Positions 58,749-64,000 of a stretch of DNA of 64,000 bases are shown here, piece after piece. Both the position numbers and the translations under genes were made by a program. Each line of letters starts with the position of its first letter. The stretch's first letter is position 1. The DNA comes from Anaerolineales bacterium. Lineage in GTDB: Bacteria > Chloroflexota > Anaerolineae > Anaerolineales > DRKV01. Location of the stretch: contig DAOUFY010000108.1 in the NCBI GenBank assembly GCA_034429745.1, positions 4,136-68,135 on the forward strand, in the 5' to 3' direction. The notes under the pieces were generated by a model. That model worked only from the letters and a program-made list of their open reading frames with translations, had not been told where the DNA came from and made no database searches.

Positions 58749-60131
58749 ATGGCGCAAAAACCACCTTTAGCAACCGGCACTTTGCTTAACCGCCGTTATC
58801 GCATTGTGCGCTTGTTAGGGCAAGGGGGTTTTGGCGCTGTGTATCGAGCCTGGGATTTAAACCTCAATCGCCCTTGTGCGGTTAAAGAAAATACCGATGT
58901 TTCTCTTGAAGCGGTGCGCCAATTTAGTCGCGAAGCTTCTCTGCTTGCCAATTTAAGCCATCCGAATTTGCCGCGAGTTACCGATCACTTCAGCATCCCC
59001 GGTCAGGGGCAGTACCTAGTGATGGACTTTATTGAGGGTGAAGATTTAAGGGAGATGGTGGAAAAGTCCTTTGAACCGTTGCCCGAAGAGCAAGTACTGC
59101 CTTGGATCATTCAAGTTTGCGATGCGCTTTCCTATTTGCACTCATTACCCCAACCAATTATTCATCGCGACCTTAAGCCGGCAAATATCCGCATTACCCC
59201 GCAAGGAAAAGCCTATTTAGTTGACTTTGGAATTGCTAAAATTTATGACCCTCAATTGCACACAACTTCTGGAGCAAAAGCTCTTTCGCCCGGCTATTCA
59301 CCCCCCGAACAATATGGGCAAGGAAGAACAGATGCCCGTTCGGATGTTTATGCACTTGGGGCAACTCTCTACACCCTTTTGACAGGTCAAAGACCGCCGG
59401 ATAGTGTGGACTTGTTAACTGCAACTGCCCCAAAGTTGCCCTCAGTGCGCTCGTTGAACCCTAAAGTATCGCCGGCGTTAAGCATGGTGATTGAAAAAGC
59501 CATGCAGCTTGATAGAAACCTGCGTTTTCAAAATATTGAAGAATTCAAAGAAGCCCTGCTTAGCATTATGGAAGCTAAGCAAAAGAACAAAAATCGCTGG
59601 CAAAGAATAGGAATTTGGGCCGGTTTAGGCTTTGGGCTGCTATTGCTTGTAATGGCTGTCTTCAGTGTAAGGGGCTGTCAGCGGATTACACCCGGCGCGG
59701 GAACACCAATAAATGCACCAACAGTGCAGCCACTCTTGACTGGAATTATGCAGCGCATTAGTGGTTCACTGACCCCTCAAGAAGGATTAGAAGAGAGCAC
59801 CCCATCCCCAACGCCTTCAGGAATACAGGAAGAGATTGTCTCTCCAACTGTAGAGATACAGCCAACACAGCCCTATCTCATTTATGTGCGGGAAGGACCA
59901 GGACGAGAATATCCTGTCATCGGAGAGATTCGCAATGAGACTCGTTTTAATGTCATTGGGCGCAATCGCGAAGGTGATTGGCTGTATATTATGCTTTCCA
60001 ATGGTGAAGAAGGATGGGCATTTGCGGAAGTGATCACGTATTACACGGGCTATCAAGGTGATGTTGAGGCTTTGCCAACTGTTAAACCCATCGTTACTCC
60101 TCCTGCGACAACAACAAAACCTCCACCTTAA
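58749..60131 (+). CDS. Hanks-type Ser/Thr protein kinase with one TM segment and an extracellular SH3b-like domain
   Basis: GQGGFGAVY, VAVK-type Lys (CAVKE), HRDLKPANI, DFGIA and SPGYSPPE. A TM helix (IGIWAGLGFGLLLLVMAVF) is followed by YVREGPGREYPVIGE...GDWLYI...GWAF. Confidence 0.9.
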   Translation: MAQKPPLATGTLLNRRYRIVRLLGQGGFGAVYRAWDLNLNRPCAVKENTDVSLEAVRQFSREASLLANLSHPNLPRVTDHFSIPGQGQYLVMDFIEGEDLREMVEKSFEPLPEEQVLPWIIQVCDALSYLHSLPQPIIHRDLKPANIRITPQGKAYLVDFGIAKIYDPQLHTTSGAKALSPGYSPPEQYGQGRTDARSDVYALGATLYTLLTGQRPPDSVDLLTATAPKLPSVRSLNPKVSPALSMVIEKAMQLDRNLRFQNIEEFKEALLSIMEAKQKNKNRWQRIGIWAGLGFGLLLLVMAVFSVRGCQRITPGAGTPINAPTVQPLLTGIMQRISGSLTPQEGLEESTPSPTPSGIQEEIVSPTVEIQPTQPYLIYVREGPGREYPVIGEIRNETRFNVIGRNREGDWLYIMLSNGEEGWAFAEVITYYTGYQGDVEALPTVKPIVTPPATTTKPPP

Positions 60132-60305
60132 ACAAAGCTTTAGAACAAGGCGCATCGTTACGAATTTCGAACAATAAGCCCCATAGTTGTATTCTACCTA
60201 GTAGGAATAATCAAACTCCAATCAAGTGTTCGGTAGTACTGCCATTCAGGATGTTGGGATGGCAGTCATGAGTAATATTATTTTAATTTAGATAGGAGGT
60301 TAACG

Positions 60306-61091
60306 ATGAAAGGAAAACAAAAGCTCTTTGTCATTATAGGCTGCAGCTTGCTCTTGTGGGCCGGTTTTTGGTTGATGGCAGCACCAATGAAAACCCAAGG
60401 CAAAGGAGAGAATAGCGCGTCAAACTCATTGGCGGCGGCGACGAAAGCTTCTCCCACGGCTAAACCCGCCTCTGGAAAGGAAGGGATGCTGGCGTCTATT
60501 AAAAAGCTGCAAAAAGACAAAAAACTAGGCAGCGATGCAGAAAATGGAACTTTTTATGAGTTGGAGGATTTTGAAAGAAGTGAGGCGAGGCTACAATACA
60601 TTTTTTGGTACACCACAGATTACGCTCCTAAAAATTTTATCCTGAGAGCGGATGTGGAATGGGAATCAGCTAGCACAACAGCAAATTGGAAAGATTCCGG
60701 TTTTGGCATCGTGTTTCATGAGAGTGAGGACCAAAATTTTTTTTACTTAGTTCAGGTATTGCTGGATGGAAATATAAAAGTTTGGCGTATGAATTTGTTA
60801 GCAGAAAATTACCTTGGTAAAAGGTGGGTTTTATTGGCAGAAAAGTATTACGGAAAACCAGAAACTCCTAAAGGACAAACTCATTTAGATCTTGTTGTTA
60901 ATCAAGACCGAGTGTATGTTTACCTCAACAATAAACTGGCAATCAGTGCCTATGATCACCCTATGAAAACACATCCAATTTTTGGAGAAGGGAAGTTGGC
61001 GTTTACTGTTGTTTCTGGCACCAATGCTGGTTTTGGAACGTGGGTAAAAATGTCAAATATCGAATTATGGGAAATGAAAAGCTTGGATTGA
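60306..61091 (+). CDS. Secreted/anchored beta-sandwich paralogue 1
   Basis: N-terminal hydrophobic signal/anchor. KKLQKDKKL helix, then PKNFILRADVEWESAS..ANWKDSGFGIVFHE ... LDLVVNQDRVYVYLNNKLA ... MSNIELWEM. AGGAGG SD upstream. Confidence 0.55.
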   Translation: MKGKQKLFVIIGCSLLLWAGFWLMAAPMKTQGKGENSASNSLAAATKASPTAKPASGKEGMLASIKKLQKDKKLGSDAENGTFYELEDFERSEARLQYIFWYTTDYAPKNFILRADVEWESASTTANWKDSGFGIVFHESEDQNFFYLVQVLLDGNIKVWRMNLLAENYLGKRWVLLAEKYYGKPETPKGQTHLDLVVNQDRVYVYLNNKLAISAYDHPMKTHPIFGEGKLAFTVVSGTNAGFGTWVKMSNIELWEMKSLD

Positions 61092-61208
61092 GCCGAGCAA
61101 GCCATCATCAACAGAATGGATACATTCAGGCTACAGCTTATGCAGCTGCGAGCTGAATGGACCAATGGTTAATGGCAATCATACACAGCGATAAAATGAG
61201 AGGGTTAG

Positions 61209-61970
61209 ATGAAAAATGGTAACCGAATATTTATCATGCTGCTTGTCTTTGTGATCAGTGCGTTTGTCTTTGCTGGCCCAAAACCAATTGAGGCGGTGGA
61301 GGCGGAGAGGAAGGGTGGCATTTCAATGGCGCCAGTGATAACGAAAACTGTGGCGGCTCAAGAGGGTGAAAAGCGAATGGTGGAATTTGTTAAAAAGCTG
61401 CAAAAGCAGAAGAGACTTAACGCAGGTGCAGAAAAGGGAAATTATAAAAAACTTGCTGATGTTGAAATGACTGCTGATAAAATCCATGAATTTTCCAGAA
61501 AAGAAAGCGGGTTTTCTCCTAAAGATTTTGTTTTGCGTATGGATGCAACATGGGAATTGGCTAGCCCTAAAGCTGATATGAGCAAAGCTTCTTTTGGTGT
61601 TGAGTTTCATAACACTGATGACAAATATTTATATCATGTGCAACTATATTTTAGTAAAATAGTGTATATTGGAAGGTATAATGAATATAAACCTGAAAAA
61701 TCTCAATGGACTGCTTTAGATATCGAAAAGTATGGAAATTTGGGTGCTTCTGCAGGCGATGTTCATGTGGATATTGTTGTAAATCAAGGGCAAGTATATG
61801 TGTATCTTGACAATAAATATGTTGCCAGTGCCTATGATCCTGCCATGACATCTTCTAGTTTATTTGAAAAGGGCAAGTTAGCCTTTATAGGTTGGAGCGA
61901 TTCAAAAGCCGGTCCCGAAATCCGGGTGAAGCTGAGCAACGTTGAACTATGGGAGATAGCAGAAAATTAG
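61209..61970 (+). CDS. Secreted/anchored beta-sandwich paralogue 2 (tandem duplicate)
   Basis: Same architecture as the previous ORF: KKLQKQKRL, PKDFVLRMDATWELASPKADMSKASFGVEFHN, VDIVVNQGQVYVYLDNKYVA and LSNVELWEI. Confidence 0.55.
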   Translation: MKNGNRIFIMLLVFVISAFVFAGPKPIEAVEAERKGGISMAPVITKTVAAQEGEKRMVEFVKKLQKQKRLNAGAEKGNYKKLADVEMTADKIHEFSRKESGFSPKDFVLRMDATWELASPKADMSKASFGVEFHNTDDKYLYHVQLYFSKIVYIGRYNEYKPEKSQWTALDIEKYGNLGASAGDVHVDIVVNQGQVYVYLDNKYVASAYDPAMTSSSLFEKGKLAFIGWSDSKAGPEIRVKLSNVELWEIAEN

Positions 61971-61979
61971 GTTGGCTGA

Positions 61980-62876
61980 ATGAACATTGAATGGTTCTTG
62001 AATATGTTATTACGGGATTTAGCAAACCTGTGGGAACAAGTAATCCAGGGGCTGATGCCGGTTACAGGGTATTTTGACTGGATCCTTGCGGCGCGTCTGG
62101 TGCTAACACTGATTCTGTGCGGCTTAATTGGATTGGAGCGATCGGGGCATGAAAGTGCGACAGGATTTAGGCCGCATATTTTAGTTGGGTTAGGTGCCTG
62201 TCTGATGACAATGGCAGGCATCTATGCCCTGCCAGAAAGCAGTAGTATGCGCGACCCGATGCGGGTTGCGAGTTATGTGGTTTCAGGCATTGGATTTTTG
62301 GGCGCAGGAGCTATCCTGCGTCATGGGGCTATTGTGCAAGGAGTAACTACTGCAGCCAGTATATGGGGCTGTGCGGGAATTGGGATTGCAGTCGGTGCAG
62401 GCTTGGGAATGCAAGCCATTTTTTTCACTATGCTGGTGCTGTTTACCTTGGTTGTGTTGGAGTGGGTGGAGGAGCGCTTGACTCAGCGGGGAAGAGAAAA
62501 GTATTTGAACATTCACCTCAAAGATGCCAACCGAGCAGTAGGAAAAGTTCTAACGGCATTGAGCCGGCTTGGGGTAAAGGTGAAAAAAGCGAATGTTGTG
62601 CCGGCTGAAGGAGAGACTTCGCTGTTAATGGTTGAATTAACTCAGCCGATGAAAGCTCCGGCGATGGCAAACTTGGTTAAACAACTGCTTTTTCTTAAAT
62701 CAATTTTGCATGTTGATGTTGGGTATCTCACCAATGAACAACTGAGACAAATGGTGCTGGAACAAGATTCGATAAAAGATGATGAAAAGAGTGATACCGA
62801 TAAGCTAGAACAAGAAACAAAGGCTCTCTTTGAGGACCTCAATTTAGGTGATGAGGAACAGGATTTTCACCCGTGA
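61980..62876 (+). CDS. mgtC: MgtC/SapB-family membrane protein with an ACT-like domain and an acidic tail
   Basis: LIGLERSGHESATGFRPHILVGLGA and GIGFLGAGAI are typical of the MgtC N-domain. The C-terminal soluble domain ends in a D/E-rich tail. Confidence 0.8.
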   Translation: MNIEWFLNMLLRDLANLWEQVIQGLMPVTGYFDWILAARLVLTLILCGLIGLERSGHESATGFRPHILVGLGACLMTMAGIYALPESSSMRDPMRVASYVVSGIGFLGAGAILRHGAIVQGVTTAASIWGCAGIGIAVGAGLGMQAIFFTMLVLFTLVVLEWVEERLTQRGREKYLNIHLKDANRAVGKVLTALSRLGVKVKKANVVPAEGETSLLMVELTQPMKAPAMANLVKQLLFLKSILHVDVGYLTNEQLRQMVLEQDSIKDDEKSDTDKLEQETKALFEDLNLGDEEQDFHP

Positions 62877-62923
62877 AAATATCTTAGAGAAAGACCTCAT
62901 CAACTCTTCAAAAGCAAAATCTC

Positions 62924-62952
62924 TTGACTCTTGTTTTGTTTTTTTCTATAAT
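62924..62952 (+). promoter_or_regulatory. Near-consensus sigma-70 promoter at the start of a long non-coding leader
   Basis: TTGACT (62924-62929), a 17-nt spacer, then TATAAT (62947-62952). The next credible start codon is about 330 nt downstream. Confidence 0.5.
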
Positions 62953-63280
62953 TATCTATAAAAGGGATATTTCCCATGATTTGCCCCTTGGTAGAGTTAT
63001 ACTAGCTGATAGTCATTATCCAATAATATAGATGAATTAATTTATTGCCAATACAACACTAAACAAATTAGCTTTGACTCACATTTCAGCGAAAGCGAGA
63101 GTTGAAGGACGATAAAGGAATAACGTTTAGTAACAAAGAATTGGCATTGTGAACTTAGTTCCTCATTGTTTCCCTTTGTAAATACATCGCCAACATAATA
63201 ATACGTCTTTCGACGTCAAAGAGAACCTCATGACTCAAACCGATGTGAGGCTGAAAAGGTTTAAGAAGGGAGAGTCTGTT

Positions 63281-64000
63281 ATGTTAAACTTGCGGCCTTT
63301 AGGGAGATTAATTGTGCCCTGCATGCTGTTGGTTGTCATGATTGCTTTAAATGCTTGCTTTAGAGTGGAAAATCAGCCAAGAGTATGGATTGATTACCCG
63401 CGCGATGGTTTAACCCTGCCACCCCATACGCAATTAGAGATATTATCTCATGCCTATGCTCGCCGTGGGGTGGGTGAAGTGGTTCTTTTAGTGAATGGGG
63501 TAGAAATGCAACGTGGTCGTCCGTCAGGAGAGAATGCAAGCTCGGTCAAGATGAAGCATGTATGGAATCCTCCTGATGCCGGTTCTTATTCGTTAGAGCT
63601 TATTGCTTATGATACGGCGGGAAACCCAAGCCCGCCGGCATTGGTGCGAGTTGAAGTAAAAGGTATGAAGCCACAACAGCAAGTTGGTTCAATTGATATA
63701 GCTTTAGAAAAAGTTGAGCCTCTTGTAAGTGGATACAAAGGTGAATACCCGATATGCCAACTTGTTGTGGTTGCTCGCAATCGCGGTGATGCTGCAACCG
63801 ATAGAGATTTTCAAGCGCAATTGTATTACAACGGAGTTTTAAATCAATCTCGAGATATTGCCGCTGGCCTTCAGCCTCAAAGTGAAACTGTAGTGGATTT
63901 CAATTTTTCTTTTACTACCACAGCAACAATTGGAATTGTGCTGGACGCCGCTAATACCATTGCTGAAACAGATGAAAATAACAATTCAGTGGTAAAGACG
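63281..64000 (+). CDS. Lipoprotein with Ig-like and CARDB-like domains, 3'-truncated by the window edge (not in the ORF track)
   Basis: I translated this by hand. ATG at 63281 lies after GGGAGAG. The N-terminus MLNLRPLGRLIVPCMLLVVMIALNAC has a lipobox. The frame stays open to base 64000. An Ig-like segment (YSLELIAYDTAGNPS) is followed by a CARDB-like ending (LDAANTIAETDENNNS). Confidence 0.6.
   Translation, partial: MLNLRPLGRLIVPCMLLVVMIALNACFRVENQPRVWIDYPRDGLTLPPHTQLEILSHAYARRGVGEVVLLVNGVEMQRGRPSGENASSVKMKHVWNPPDAGSYSLELIAYDTAGNPSPPALVRVEVKGMKPQQQVGSIDIALEKVEPLVSGYKGEYPICQLVVVARNRGDAATDRDFQAQLYYNGVLNQSRDIAAGLQPQSETVVDFNFSFTTTATIGIVLDAANTIAETDENNNSVVKT

Noticed and set aside
60238-60266. 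Hairpin ACTGCCAT...ATGGCAGT after the Ser/Thr kinase, considered as a terminator
   Set aside because: It has an 8-bp stem but a 13-nt loop and no following T-tract. It may still be a weak terminator or RNA element, but the evidence is insufficient to annotate it.
1-64000. Search for mobile elements, prophage, CRISPR-Cas, toxin-antitoxin or known defence systems
   Set aside because: I recognised no transposase, integrase, recombinase, Cas, restriction-modification or phage structural motifs in any of the tracked ORFs. There are no terminal inverted repeats or att-like duplications flanking the tRNA. The window reads as core chromosome.

Overview
This is a gene-dense stretch of bacterial chromosome with about 50 credible CDS and one tRNA. 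I found no rRNA, CRISPR array, transposase, integrase or recognisable defence genes. GC looks moderate but was not computed. The lineage cannot be assigned from sequence alone. PPi-dependent PFK, a BMP-type nucleoside ABC transporter, Pro/Thr-rich linkers, an exonuclease-DinG fusion and many multi-PAS kinases would fit a Chloroflexota/Anaerolineae-like anaerobe, but this is unverified.

Content, left to right:
- A pyrimidine/nucleoside salvage block: a yeast-type cytosine deaminase plus a BMP-family ABC transporter with an internal terminator.
- An isolated flagellin gene with a sigma-28-type promoter and CsrA-type leader hairpins.
- pfp, a Cys-rich secreted protein, a GT2 glycosyltransferase and a GNAT acetyltransferase.
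- tRNA-Asn with a consensus promoter.
- An unusual operon: a response regulator with Glu at the phospho-acceptor position, a glutamate-dehydrogenase paralogue lacking the catalytic Lys, and a PPDK-N ATP-grasp protein. It sits just upstream of a canonical gdhA.
- A large multi-PAS histidine kinase.
- A haem cluster: hemA-hemC, then hemB, a radical-SAM/SPASM gene, hemE, two paralogous small membrane proteins, hemY and hemL. It has no hemD, hemH or chdC.
- A CheB-CheR-PAS fusion followed by a PAS-GAF histidine kinase.
- mtaB, icd, exonuclease-dinG, mfd, a histidine kinase with a TPR protein, folC, lon and dnaX-ybaB-recR.
- A Ser/Thr kinase, two tandem secreted paralogues, mgtC, and a partial CARDB-like lipoprotein.

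Best candidates for undescribed biology:
1. The MCP-less CheB/CheR protein, whose own coiled coil carries tandem EExxA[T/S]-like heptads.
2. The atypical-RR / GDH-pseudoenzyme / ATP-grasp operon next to gdhA.
3. A secreted beta-sandwich paralogue family that sits directly downstream of a signalling kinase at three separate loci.
4. The non-canonical inserts in the haem operon.

All family assignments rest on motif reading by eye. No searches were run.
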